A DNA stretch of 52,587 nt, taken from contig NC_068989.1 in assembly GCF_001194135.2 (NCBI RefSeq), positions 20,712,630 through 20,765,216 of the forward strand. Reading direction: 5' to 3'. This stretch comes from Octopus bimaculoides. Lineage: Eukaryota. A program made the translations under genes and the position numbers. Shown one piece after another: positions 36,607 through 49,124 of the stretch. The notes beneath the pieces were generated by a model. The model ran no database searches and had not been told where the DNA came from. It saw only the letters and a program-made list of their open reading frames with translations. The first letter of the stretch is position 1. Every line of letters starts with the position of its first letter.

Positions 36607-37582
36607 AAAAAGGGGGAGAAAGAGAAAGACAGAAAACTGTGAAGGAGAGAAAAAGGGAATTAAGGAAGGATGGGGGAGAAAACAGTATATATATATATAT
36701 ATATATAAATATANNNNNNNNNNNNNNNNNNNNNNNNNNNNNNNNNNNNNNNNNNNNNNNNNNNNNNNNNNNNNNNNNNNNNNNNNNNNNNNNNNNNNNN
36801 NNNNNNNNNNNNNNNNNNNNNNNNNNNNNNNNNNNNNNNNNNNNNNNNNNNNNNNNNNNNNNNNNNNNNNNNNNNNNNNNNNNNNNNNNNNNNNNNNNNN
36901 NNNNNNNNNNNNNNNNNNNNNNNNNNNNNNNNNNNNNNNNNNNNNNNNNNNNNNNNNNNNNNNNNNNNNNNNNNNNNNNNNNNNNNNNNNNNNNNNNNNN
37001 NNNNNNNNNNNNNNNNNNNNNNNNNNNNNNNNNNNNNNNNNNNNNNNNNNNNNNNNNNNNNNNNNNNNNNNNNNNNNNNNNNNNNNNNNNNNNNNNNNNN
37101 NNNNNNNNNNNNNNNNNNNNNNNNNNNNNNNNNNNNNNNNNNNNNNNNNNNNNNNNNNNNNNNNNNNNNNNNNNNNNNNNNNNNNNNNNNNNNNNNNNNN
37201 NNNNNNNNNNNNNNNNNNNNNNNNNNNNNNNNNNNNNNNNNNNNNNNNNNNNNNNNNNNNNNNNNNNNNNNNNNNNNNNNNNNNNNNNNNNNNNNNNNNN
37301 NNNNNNNNNNNNNNNNNNNNNNNNNNNNNNNNNNNNNNNNNNNNNNNNNNNNNNNNNNNNNNNNNNNNNNNNNNNNNNNNNNNNNNNNNNNNNNNNNNNN
37401 NNNNNNNNNNNNNNNNNNNNNNNNNNNNNNNNNNNNNNNNNNNNNNNNNNNNNNNNNNNNNNNNNNNNNNNNNNNNNNNNNNNNNNNNNNNNNNNNNNNN
37501 NNNNNNNNNNNNNNNNNNNNNNNNNNNNNNNNNNNNNNNNNNNNNNNNNNNNNNNNNNNNNNNNNNNNNNNNNNNNNNNNNN

Positions 37583-37675
37583 GGTAATAAACTTGCTTCC
37601 AAACCACATGGTCCCACGTTCAGTCCCACTGCGAGGCACCATGGGCAAGTACCTTGTGAGTGAATTTGGTTGACG
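37583..37675 (+). mobile_element. SINE C 5' part
   Basis: cttgcttccaaaccacatggtcccacgttcagtcccactgcgaggcaccatgggcaagt. Confidence 0.7.
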
Positions 37676-38213
37676 AGTGAAATTTTTAAATGTTATTTTG
37701 TATGTTTTCAATGGTGTAGATTACGATTATGCTGTTAACATTAAAAAATAAATTTTGATGAATGACTTTCGGATCATTTTACATTCGCGCCGACTTTAGT
37801 TTTCTCAGAGCTCTCTTTAAATGCATATTTTCGAATGACATTTTGCAGAAATGGGTCTTTTCGTGTGTAGATTATCTAATACTGATGTTTCAAACAAATA
37901 TCAGGAAAAATAAAGTGAGAAATGCCAAAGTTACGAAAATTGATGCTAAACTAATTGTGGGTATGTAAGAATGATATGAAACGCTCTCAATGTTTTTTTT
38001 TCTAAAATTTATTAACATCATAATCATCCACACCCCTGAAAACATAACTCTACAGAATTCCATTAAAAAAAATGTACATTTTTCAGTAAGGCGCGATGTG
38101 GGTAGCAAACTACAGATATGCCCGTATGCACACACACACACACACACACATGTGTATATATGCATGTATCTCTCTCTCCCTCCTCTTTCTCTTTCTATGT
38201 ATATATATATATC

Positions 38214-38383
38214 CGAAAGGATGAAAGGCAAAATCGACCTCGGCGGAATTTGAGCTCAGAATAAAAAGACAAACGAAATCCCGCTAAGCATTTCGCCTGG
38301 CGTGCTAATGTTTCTTTTTTTTTTTATTGCCCATCTAAACATAGATGGGACAAACAAGGACAGACAAAGGGATTAAGTCGATT
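38214..38383 (-). repeat. Near-identical copy of 38881-39051 spanning the SINE dimer junction
   Basis: Both share private variants (gagctcagaataaaaagacaaacgaaatcccg; gcccatctaaacatagatggg). Confidence 0.85.
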
Positions 38384-38436
38384 ATATATATATTCATGTA
38401 CGTTTATTTATATACATACACATGCATACATACATC

Positions 38437-38470
<34 letters not shown>

Positions 38471-38722
38471 TATGCAAAACGTTGCTTTCTCCAAACGTCC
38501 AAAACGTTGCTTTCTCAGAAAATAAAATAAATAGTTTCACCATTCCATAGCAAAACCGTTGTACTAAACTTTGACAATTTTTGATATTTCGGTATCTGAA
38601 GCAACTGGAGATACGACAGTTTGACAAAAAACCGGCTATTGCAAGCAAAAATAAATATTGAAAAAAAAAAAATCCACATTCGGCCAAATTTGAACATATG
38701 ACAGTTTAACATAATAACAACG

Positions 38723-38764
<42 letters not shown>

Positions 38765-38784
38765 ATGTGTGTATATATATTAAT

Positions 38785-39210
38785 CTTTTCTACTCTAGGC
38801 ACAAGACCCGAAATTTGGGTGGAAGGGGCCAGTTGATTAGGTCAATCCCAGTACGCAACTGTTACTTAATTTATCGACCCCGAAAGGATGAAAGGCAAAA
38901 TCGACCTCGGCGGAATTTGAGCTCAGAATAAAAAGACAAACGAAATCCCGCTAAGCATTTCGCCTGGCGTGCTAATGTTTCTTATTTTTTTTTATTGCCC
39001 ATCTAAACATAGATGGGACAAACAAGGACAGACAAAGGGATTAAGTCGATTACATCGGCCGTAATGCGTAACTGGTACTTAATTTGTCGACCCCGAAAGG
39101 ATGAAAGGCAAAGTCGACCTCGGCGGAATCTGAACTCAGAACGTAACGGCAGACGAAATATCGCTAAGCATTTCACCCGGCGTGCTAACTTTTCTGCCAG
39201 CTCGCCGCCT
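38785..39210 (-). mobile_element. Dimeric SINE A (monomer with tail 1 plus truncated monomer with tail 2)
   Basis: Junction aataagaaacattagcacg as at 43900-43920; tail 2 ends cctagagtagaaaaga. Confidence 0.8.
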
Positions 39211-39597
39211 TATATGCATATATATTAATGTTATAGTAATGAACTCAAACCAAATTGTAATATCGTGACATTCATTATTTAAAATGTATGTTTCAAGACT
39301 GGGTGATAAATAATAAGAAATGTATCTATTACGCATGATATTCCTTATTTAAAACATTTCAAAATATATATTACAAAGACCTGAATCGTACGTATCAAAT
39401 GGTTTCAATAAATCACTGTAGGCAACGTCAGTAGTGTACACTTAGTGACGCTTAAATTTTACCTATATGGTATTACATTGCACTTAGCTGTTTATATTAA
39501 GTTTTAGTAAGGCATTAACAGTTTGCTAAATCATAAATTTTATGGCAAATATATAAATGCTATTAGACGGAATTGATCGGCCATTAGTCATCTGAGC

Positions 39598-39641
39598 AGT
39601 CACTACTGATGATGCCTACGGAGTAGGCGAAACTGGTGATT
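39598..39641 (+). ncRNA. Hammerhead-like motif with intact core and perfect stem II but no canonical stem III
   Basis: agtcacta-CTGATGA-t-gcctac-gga-gtaggc-GAAAC-tggtgatt. Confidence 0.45.
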
Positions 39642-39685
39642 CTAGAAACGGTCATGGGGAGGTTACCTTCCCTGTCGGTATATCT

Positions 39686-39805
39686 ATCGTATTTTAACGT
39701 GTATAAGGAACGCTCTTGTATAAGGAACACCCTAATTTTTGGGGCTTAATAATTGGAAAAAGATGTTTTGTAAGGGATTATAATACTATCCATGTATAAG
39801 AAAGG
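39686..39805 (+). mobile_element. Possible pogo/Tc2-like terminal fragment
   Basis: tatcgtattttaacgtgtataaggaacgctcttgtataaggaacaccc: terminus-like start with a repeated gtataaggaac motif; runs into a gap. Confidence 0.3.
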
Positions 39806-40434
39806 NNNNNNNNNNNNNNNNNNNNNNNNNNNNNNNNNNNNNNNNNNNNNNNNNNNNNNNNNNNNNNNNNNNNNNNNNNNNNNNNNNNNNNNNNNNNNNN
39901 NNNNNNNNNNNNNNNNNNNNNNNNNNNNNNNNNNNNNNNNNNNNNNNNNNNNNNNNNNNNNNNNNNNNNNNNNNNNNNNNNNNNNNNNNNNNNNNNNNNN
40001 NNNNNNNNNNNNNNNNNNNNNNNNNNNNNNNNNNNNNNNNNNNNNNNNNNNNNNNNNNNNNNNNNNNNNNNNNNNNNNNNNNNNNNNNNNNNNNNNNNNN
40101 NNNNNNNNNNNNNNNNNNNNNNNNNNNNNNNNNNNNNNNNNNNNNNNNNNNNNNNNNNNNNNNNNNNNNNNNNNNNNNNNNNNNNNNNNNNNNNNNNNNN
40201 NNNNNNNNNNNNNNNNNNNNNNNNNNNNNNNNNNNNNNNNNNNNNNNNNNNNNNNNNNNNNNNNNNNNNNNNNNNNNNNNNNNNNNNNNNNNNNNNNNNN
40301 NNNNNNNNNNNNNNNTATACACACATATATATATATATATATACATATACATACATACGTACGTACGTACATATATATGACGAGCTTCTTCCAGTTACAG
40401 TCTACCAAATCTACTTGCAAGGCTTTGGTCGGCC

Positions 40435-40504
<70 letters not shown>

Positions 40505-40675
40505 CTCTTTCTCTCTGCTTGTCTGAAAATGTAAATACTTTCCCAAATAAACTTGCACTTCAGTTTTTGACGCTTTGATAATGTTATAGGGTAATACACA
40601 AGTGCTCAGCTACGAGTGCATTGCATTTGTAGTAGAAACAGCGAGAAGCTAACGAATTTCATGACATTATTTTTT

Positions 40676-42538
40676 GTCCTTTATTCAATTAAAGGCCTTC
40701 CATCCTGCCCGTATTCTTTCTGAGATTTCAATATCCATATTTCGGTGCATATTCACGGCATGTTTTAAGTAGACGTGCTCCTTTACCTCCTCGATTTCAT
40801 AGCTTCCCAAATCGGCAAGCTGGCAGAATCATTAGCACGTCGGGCGAAATGCTTAGCAGTATTTTACCCGTCGCTGCGTTCTGAGTTCAAATTCCGCCGA
40901 GGTCGACTTTGATTTTCATTCTTTCGGGGTCGATAAATAAACTACCAGTCAAGTAAGGGGTCATTGGGATCAATTGTTCCCCTCATCACAAAAATCCAGG
41001 CCTTGTACCTATAGTAGAATAGATTACATTGCTTCTTACCTCTATTCGGCCTTGGGCTGCGTCTTCCAGCCGCACATATTTTGTTTTCATGCCTTTCATT
41101 TTAAGAACTAAGTTAAGCTCAGAATGTACAGCTCTGTCAGCATGGCCTGCAGCTGAGCTGTGGTTTCAGCAATGAATGCAACGTCATCTGCGAATCAAAA
41201 CTGTTAGATGCTTGTGTAAAAGTGACTCTTTGATGGAACACAATCCGATTTGGGTTCAATTCGTGATTGAAGTCATCACACTTTAATTGAACCTCTGAAG
41301 TTGTTGAAAAATAAATAAGTATTATAAAAGTCCGCTTGACAGCTTTGTTAATTTAGAGTTCTGGGAAATAAAAGTTATCTTGTAACAAGATACATCCCGA
41401 ATTCAAATTCCCAAACCAGTTTTCTTAATGGTTTATTCGGCGAAGGAAAGAAAGTACACTTCCAAGGATTCCAGACTGTTGGGTAGAAAGAAAACAATAG
41501 TTTTCCTTACCCGTACACCCGAAAACACGTCCAAGAATGCTAGCAATACAAATGAACTCGTCTAAGGGCACGAAAGAACCTGCTGAGGGTGATGAACCGG
41601 ACAAAAGATTAGGTCTATCACATAAGAACAGGAACAGCATGTTTCCATGTAGACATAGTCTCCTTAATCAAATTTTACACGACTTTGGTCGACTTGAGGC
41701 TATGATACAAAGTAGTAGACACTTAAACAAGATGCTATGTAGAGAGATCGAACCCCTAAAATTCGCGCTGTCGAGAAATAATGTTAGTATGTCACTTGGG
41801 AGAAGAACAACGTCGTACAAACTCAGTTCCCCATAAATCTAAGGTTTTCATTGCAAAGTAAACATAGTTTTCATTCCTAAATCAACATAGTAAATATATA
41901 AACAGTTGAGAATAGAATCCATTAATGTAATTCTCAGTTTAGCATTATTCCACAAAACGGGGCACAGTTGAGCGGATTAATTCCAGTACACTCGTGCTAT
42001 TTAATAGACTTCGAAAGGCTCTAAACCTAAACCGATGAGGTATGGAATTAAATGCTGGAATATTTAGTATATACCTGACTACTGTTACCTAATCTGTCAT
42101 TGTGATAAAGTCATCAAAAAGCAAGATTTGGCAAAATTTTGATTGCGAAAGCTTGAAGCAGTAAATTAGTTCTCCATGTGTTCGGTCCTATATACTCTAC
42201 TTTTAACCAATCGTCTTCTTTATGGAACAAGATATATGAGTTTTTAAATTTTTTCTTTTAGGTATATAGAACAAGGAATGGTTTATGCTTATATTTAAAA
42301 GCAAGTATATGTTCAACTATGGAAAGTACAGAAATTTCAGCCCACTTTTTAAAAAATTTCTAGGCCATGAAACTATTAGGAAATGTCAACCCACTTTTGA
42401 GGCACTTCATAATAAATAAAAAAAAATACTTCCATGTATTTTTATCTAAAGAAATGAAATGTAAACCTGCAAGGTTTAAATTTACTAAACAAATTTTCAA
42501 CTTTATCACATATTTCATGCAAAAATATTTATCCACAG
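40676..42538 (-). repeat. Right arm of the inverted duplication (partner 17687-19423); contains RTE relic and SINE A 40812-41025
   Basis: See left arm. Confidence 0.92.
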
Positions 42539-43672
42539 GAAACAAAAAATCGGAATGTCAACGGCAGTATCTTGTTTCTTCCTTTTTTATTTAGTCACCC
42601 ATAAGTTTTATTTCATATCTTCATTTGTAATCTTCCGGTTCGATGGTCGCTTTTCTTTCCGTCATTGTTTTTAACCTACATTTATTTTGCACTTGTCAAC
42701 TACCAATTATAAGAGGATGGAGAGCGCTAAACTAGCACAATCTTTGAGAGCATCGAAGAACATTCCTTGCGTCATTTGTTCCATTTATTCTTTCCTTTGT
42801 TTTTACATTCTGAGTTTAAATCCCGTTAAGCTAAAGTTTGATTTTCATCCTTCCAAAGAGAATAAAATTAAGCGCCAGTCAAGTGCTGAAGTCGATTTAA
42901 TCTACTGTTCTTCCTTGCTTCGGAAAATGAGCAGTCTTTTACGTATATAAGTTACTGATAGTTAAAAGATTATGCCGAATAAGAAAAAAAAGAACAAGAG
43001 TTAAACANNNNNNNNNNNNNNNNNNNNNNNNNNNNNNNNNNNNNNNNNNNNNNNNNNNNNNNNNNNNNNNNNNNNNNNNNNNNNNNNNNNNNNNNNNNNN
43101 NNNNNNNNNNNNNNNNNNNNNNNNNNNNNNNNNNNNNNNNNNNNNNNNNNNNNNNNNNNNNNNNNNNNNNNNNNNNNNNNNNNNNNNNNNNNNNNNNNNN
43201 NNNNNNNNNNNNNNNNNNNNNNNNNNNNNNNNNNNNNNNNNNNNNNNNNNNNNNNNNNNNNNNNNNNNNNNNNNNNNNNNNNNNNNNNNNNNNNNNNNNN
43301 NNNNNNNNNNNNNNNNNNNNNNNNNNNNNNNNNNNNNNNNNNNNNNNNNNNNNNNNNNNNNNNNNNNNNNNNNNNNNNNNNNNNNNNNNNNNNNNNNNNN
43401 NNNNNNNNNNNNNNNNNNNNNNNNNNNNNNNNNNNNNNNNNNNNNNNNNNNNNNNNNNNNNNNNNNNNNNNNNNNNNNNNNNNNNNNNNNNNNNNNNNNN
43501 NNNNNNNNNNNNNNNNNNNNNNNNNNNNNNNNNNNNNNNNNNNNNNNNNNNNNNNNNNNNNNNNNNNCTACTCCCTTTTTCGCGGCACTTTCAATACTTA
43601 TCCTGTTCGTATATCAGGTTTACGGTGGCTTTCTGTATCTTTATTATTCATATTTTAATATATTAATATTGG

Positions 43673-44040
43673 TAAGGCGGCGAGCTGGTAGAAACGTTAG
43701 CACGCCGGGCGAAATGCATAGCGGTATTTCGTCTGCCGTTACGTTCTGAGTTCAAATTCCGCCGAAGTCGACTTTGCCTTTCATCCTTTCGGGGTCGATA
43801 AATTAAGTACCAGTTACGCACTGGGTCGATGTAATTGACTTAATCCCTTTGTCTGTCCTTGTTTGTTCCCCCTATGTTTAGCCCCTTGTGGGAAATAAAG
43901 AAATAAGAAACGCTAGCACGACTTTGCCGTTCATCCTTTCAGGGTCGATAAATTAAGTATCAATTGCGTACTGGGTCGATCTAATCGACTAACTCCTTCC
44001 CCCAAAATTTCGGTCCTTATTCCTAGAGTAGAAAAGAATA
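43673..44040 (+). mobile_element. Dimeric SINE A; second unit internally deleted
   Basis: Clear A and B boxes, tail 1 gccccttgtgggaaataaagaaataag, then aaacgctagcacg... and tail 2 cctagagtagaaaaga. Confidence 0.88.
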
Positions 44041-44079
44041 TATTAGTATTGGTATGTAGTTGACTGTATTTGTTCTTAT

Positions 44080-44232
44080 GCCTCTGTGGTAAGAAGCTTG
44101 CTTCCCAACCACATGGTTTGGGGTTTAGTCCCACAGCGTGGTACCTGGGGCAAGTGTCTTCTACTATAGTCTCGAGCCCACCAAACCCTTGTGAATGGAT
44201 TTGGTAGACGGAAACTGAAAGAAACCCGTCAT
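44080..44232 (+). mobile_element. SINE family C
   Basis: tgtggtaagaagcttgcttcccaaccacatgg...gggcaagtgtcttctactatag...ggtagacggaaactgaaagaaacccgtc. Confidence 0.85.
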
Positions 44233-44326
44233 ATATATATATATATATATACATATATGTATATATATATGTGTGTGTGTGTGTGTGAGTGTGTGTGTGT
44301 GTATTTGTGTATGTGTCTGTATTTGT

Positions 44327-44448
44327 TCCCCGACCACCGCTTGACAGCCAATGGTGGTGTGTTTACGTCACCGTAACTTAGCGGTTCGGCAAAAGAAACC
44401 GATAAAATAAATACTAAGCTTATAACGAATAAGTCATGGGGTCGATTT
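44327..44448 (+). mobile_element. SINE B 5' part
   Basis: Homologous to 15003-15125. Confidence 0.8.
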
Positions 44449-46249
44449 GGGATCTAGTCCTTTTTATTCGCAAAATGAGCCCTTTTGATTTTGCTCAGAT
44501 TGCTTTCAATTTTGGTGTATCGATGCAGCTCTGAATTTTGATTACGATCAACTAATTACTTTATCTCGTAAATTAAAGAATCTGATGTTATTTGGAATTA
44601 AATTTGGGAAATTTAGGTAAGTTTAGCCAATTAACAGACAGCGTGGCATTAGCAGCTTGTTACCATGACAACCGCACGCTGTGTTGTGGTTCACTGTTTT
44701 CCGTGCAGCTGTTGTCTATTTTGATTTTTCACACACGAGATTCTTTTCCCCCGCGTGTTTTGTTTTAATTTTTCTGTATGTTACATATTTATGTGTGTTA
44801 GTATTTTTTTCTGCTTTTTCTGTGTGTTAGTATTTTTATATATTTTTCATTTCATAATTTTTTGGGACTCATTGACTTCAGATAGCTGAGTTCATGATTT
44901 CACTAGGTTAATTCTGTTCATAAAAATTTAGACTAGGAGTATTTCTTATACCTTTAGCTTCACAGTTCAACCGCTTAACTGAAATTTAGCCCACGTAACA
45001 GGGACTGAGAGAGGTATCGTGGAACAGAGAAACTGTGAGTAATACAGATAATTTCACATTATTTTTAAATTCTGCATGCAAAAACGTATAAGATACAGGT
45101 ATTCATTATTTTGAGACAAATTCTTTGTTGACCAGTGTTATTCTTATCATAGTTTACAAATCCAAGGATGAAAACGTTACTCAACTTTGGAGTTTTGGAG
45201 ACAGACACCCCCTTCACACACACATGAATGCATAAATGTACATACAAACTTATATATGAATACATACATCCACATGCACTTATATATTAATGATGTACAC
45301 AAATATATGACAGGTATGCATAATACTAAAATATGCATAACAAATGCAGACAAATATATTAGTATAACAAATTAAAAAAATAATAAAAACTTACAATCAA
45401 TGAAGAAACAAAAGAAACAGTAAGATTATACATGTTGATTTTATTAGGTATTTCTGTTTATTTAGAAAACTACAATGAGCAGGTCATGCCACAGACGCTA
45501 AACTACAAATTTCACAGGGTTCAATCTTAAAGTTGACACCGCTTCGCTAACCGCAAAAAAATTGTCTCACTATTGGCTAAAAATACAGCTTTTCCGATTT
45601 TTAAACCTCTGTAACTCTTTCCTCTAATTTCTTTCTCCATAACATCATACCTACATAGCAATGTGACTGGAAGACTACATTATTATACCCGTTTTTCAGA
45701 TTTTTTACTTCGTTTTAAAAAATGCATATTTTGCGAATGAAAAAAACTAGATCCTTGATTTGTTCAACTAAAGACGGTGCTCTAGCATGACCGCAGTCAA
45801 ATGACTGAAACAAGTAAAAGAATAAAAGAATAAAACGTACAAACAAAATGAGCCAACCTATCCATTAACATATTAGTAATTAAAATGATATTATAATGCA
45901 AGTAACAATAGTATAAATGAATAAATAAGTGAATAAATATATAACAAATAATAATAGTGTTGATATACCAATATTAAAATGTGAATAATAAAAACACAGA
46001 GAGACATCGTAAGGACCTGATACACGAATAGGATAAAATTGGTAGTAACACGATTGAAAACCTTGACCATACTGGAAAAAACAACGATTAATGTGTTTAT
46101 TAAATAAACCAAAAAGCGTAGAATAGTAACATGACCTAAATTTCAGCTACAAATTCCTGTAACCTAGCGGTTCAGCGAAAGTTATTTCAGTTATTAAAAC
46201 TGAAATTGTTATCTCACATTACAATAGAGATGTTATTGTTTCACTTTTG

Positions 46250-46447
46250 ACACGTAATACTAAAATAGTGTAAGAGATGAGAGAGTGCTCCGGGCTCACA
46301 TTAGGCAAGAAATTGAAAAGTTGTTTGGCCCATGACACTGCATGGACCCTAAGTAAGGCATGTGTAAAATTTGAATGAAATCGGTCAGGTAGTTCTCGAG
46401 TTTTAGTGATGCACAGAGGCTGATAGACAGACAGGCACACATTTTCA

Positions 46448-46455
<8 letters not shown>
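46250..46455 (+). mobile_element. Helentron/HINE (Lep1/DINE-like) 3' relic
   Basis: aaaatttgaatgaaatcggtcaggtagttctcgag...gacagacag...cagttttatatatat, same layout as 49780-49881. Confidence 0.4.
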
Positions 46456-46491
<36 letters not shown>

Positions 46492-46562
46492 TGTATGTAT
46501 GTATATATGTATGCTTGTATGGTTAAAGTGCCTTGTGTTTCTAAATTACTAACTATAATAAA

Positions 46563-46806
46563 AAATTATTTAGCGAACAGAATGTCACCAACTGTTGGAG
46601 AAATAATTTTCATATAGTATTTTGTGAGTAAGCATTTTCCTTCCACTTTTCCAGCACACATGCTCATGGCTAATGCGTATAGTGGAAGTCAGCCCAAAAC
46701 ATGTGTTTGAACAGTTAATAAAACGAAAGCGCTTACTCACAAAATACACACTACACGAAATCTTATTCCCCAAAGGCTGGTGACGTCCTGTTCTCTAAAT
46801 AATATC
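46563..46806. repeat. Foldback/MITE-like inverted repeat, ~70-bp arms
   Basis: Perfect 17-bp core gtattttgtgagtaagc (46617-46633) / gcttactcacaaaatac (46731-46747) with imperfect outward extension. Confidence 0.75.
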
Positions 46807-47067
46807 TCTAAATAGTTAATCTTTGAAAGTCTTTCTTTAAATATTTTGATTGCATCAAGTATTTTGCACAAAATCTTTTAAATACACCCCCACACAAACG
46901 CATATGCACACATACACGCATTCACACACCTTCTCACACCCACACATATACACGCATACACCCACATGCATACATACACATACACACATACACCCATCTA
47001 CACACACACATACACACTGACATAGACAGACAGACAAGCACACACACACGCACACAATCACAATCAT

Positions 47068-48125
47068 TAGGGGAAGTCAAAAATTATCCGCACTTTCGCC
47101 AAAACTTTCTTTAGGTTGCCGCACTGCCTTTAACGCATGCGTGCTAAAACGTGGTACTTTTGAGTGAACGTAGTCAAGGATTGACCTTGATCGCCCCAGT
47201 TATCTTTCTTGTGTTAAAAAATAAAGATGGATGTTCAGCTGGCAGTGGATACCAAAGAAGAACAGATCAGTGTTCCGATTTCTCTGGTCTGGGACTGAAA
47301 TTCTTTGCAGGCTTTCAGAACCATATGAAGACAGCGCTCTGCTGCGTAGAACTGAGTATGGGTGGTTCGAGGAGTTTAAAAATGGCCGCACAAGCGAGGG
47401 AGCAGGATGCTTATCAACCGCCATGAATGATGTGGAGTTTCAGCATGCTCAAGAGATAGTTTTGCCAAACTGATGAGTGATCATCCATGAGGTGGCACGT
47501 TTTCTGAAAATTAGTCATAGCTCTGCATACAAAATCATCCATAACAAGTTTCGCTTCCGTAAAGTCTGTGCTAGATTGTTGCCGAGAGAGCTTACCGAAG
47601 CGCATAAGCACAATTGTATGGAAATCTTTCAACACTTAATCGACCGCCACAACGATGAAAACGAAGCCTCTTTTTGGAGAAAGTAATCACAAGAGATGAG
47701 ACCTGGATCGATCACATTTAACCAGAAAGCAAAAGGCAGAATACGGGATGGAAACACCCAGAATCGCCAGCGATAAAGAAATTCAAGAGTCAATCTTCCG
47801 CAGAAAATGTAATGCTGAATGTTCAGGAGGATGCAAAGGGGCTTATACTGAAACACCAACTGGAAAAGGAGTCTACAATCACCAATGAAATGCTAGCTAA
47901 CAAGCTAAAACTAGTAATTCGCACCAAACGGCAAGGTCTATTGTCAAATCAATTGTAATTGTTGCACGATAATGCACGCCCACATAGAGCTGTTCACACT
48001 AATGAAATCATTGAAAAATTAGGTTTCAAGTTGCTGGAACACCCCGCATGCAGTCCAAATCTCGCCCCTTCTGACAATCACCTCTTTGGATCATCCAATT
48101 ATTATTTACGAGGTCGTCGATTTAT
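47068..48125 (+). mobile_element. Decayed irritans-like mariner, 3' end lost
   Basis: RSVFRFLWSG, WFEEFKNGRTS, FRKVCARLLPRELTE, TRDETW, LHDNARPH, HPACSPNLAPSDNHLFG. Confidence 0.9.
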
Positions 48126-48127
48126 AT

Positions 48128-48533
48128 GACTCCGCGATAGGGGAAAATCCGCGAAGTAGAAACAGTACTGTATAGTTTTTTTATTTTTATTATTTTTATA
48201 ATTCGTATATATTTATTTTTTAAAATATTTATATGTTTATAAACTCTCCCCACACTCTTAGGCGATTCTTTGTTTACTCATCAACGGTACACTACGAAAT
48301 TTTCTTTTAATATATTTTAATTAATGTCATATACAGTGCAGTATTTTTATTTATTAATTTATTCATTTTTAGGCGTGAAAATGCTTATTTTACCACAGAA
48401 ATAGTTAAAATCTAAAAAATACAAATACCTATCAACCACAGAAACGATATGCTGAGGAATATATTAGCCAGAAAAATCCGCGATGTACTGAGGGCGCGAT
48501 AAGTGAACCGCGATATAGCGAGTGATTTCTGTA
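48128..48533 (+). mobile_element. Tigger/pogo-like MITE, 3' TIR retained
   Basis: Ends aaccgcgatatagcgagtgatttctgta; shares ataggggaaaatccgcgaagtag with 49489-49511. Confidence 0.65.
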
Positions 48534-49124
48534 ATTCAGCAGATCTTAACATTTTCTTCCTTTCTTGTAGCGAAAGATACCATTCAAAACACTTCAAACA
48601 AATACAGAGAGAGAGGGGGGGGGGGGTAAAAGACGAAATTAACTAAGGGTGCAGTGATGTTACAAACTTCGATCTCTTTTTGATATTTCCTTTCGTACTT
48701 CTTTGTATTCGTGCTTAAATCACTTTGCCATTCCCGCTCTCTTTCCTTTACATGTTTACTTTATCTACCACTGTTACTCAACCTCTTATTTCTTAGAATC
48801 CTATGTCTTACTCTCTCCTCTTTCTTTCTCTCTCTCTCTCTCTCTCATCCTATTTCTGTCGACAAATACCGCACTCTTGATGTAGAATAGGAATATCCAC
48901 TTTAGCATCTGACCGGAATATTGGTAACTTGAGACTCATTAAGCAAAGTAGACCAGAAATTAACAGCAGGACTGAATTGGGTAGTGTAAATGGTCTCTTT
49001 TTTTTTTAACCACCACATCAAATTAAATTTTCTAATCTTTCTACTTATATCTCGTACACATTTACCACATCACTACACCTTACAACACCTAACAACTTAG
49101 TAAAAGCTATCCCTTATAAACATA

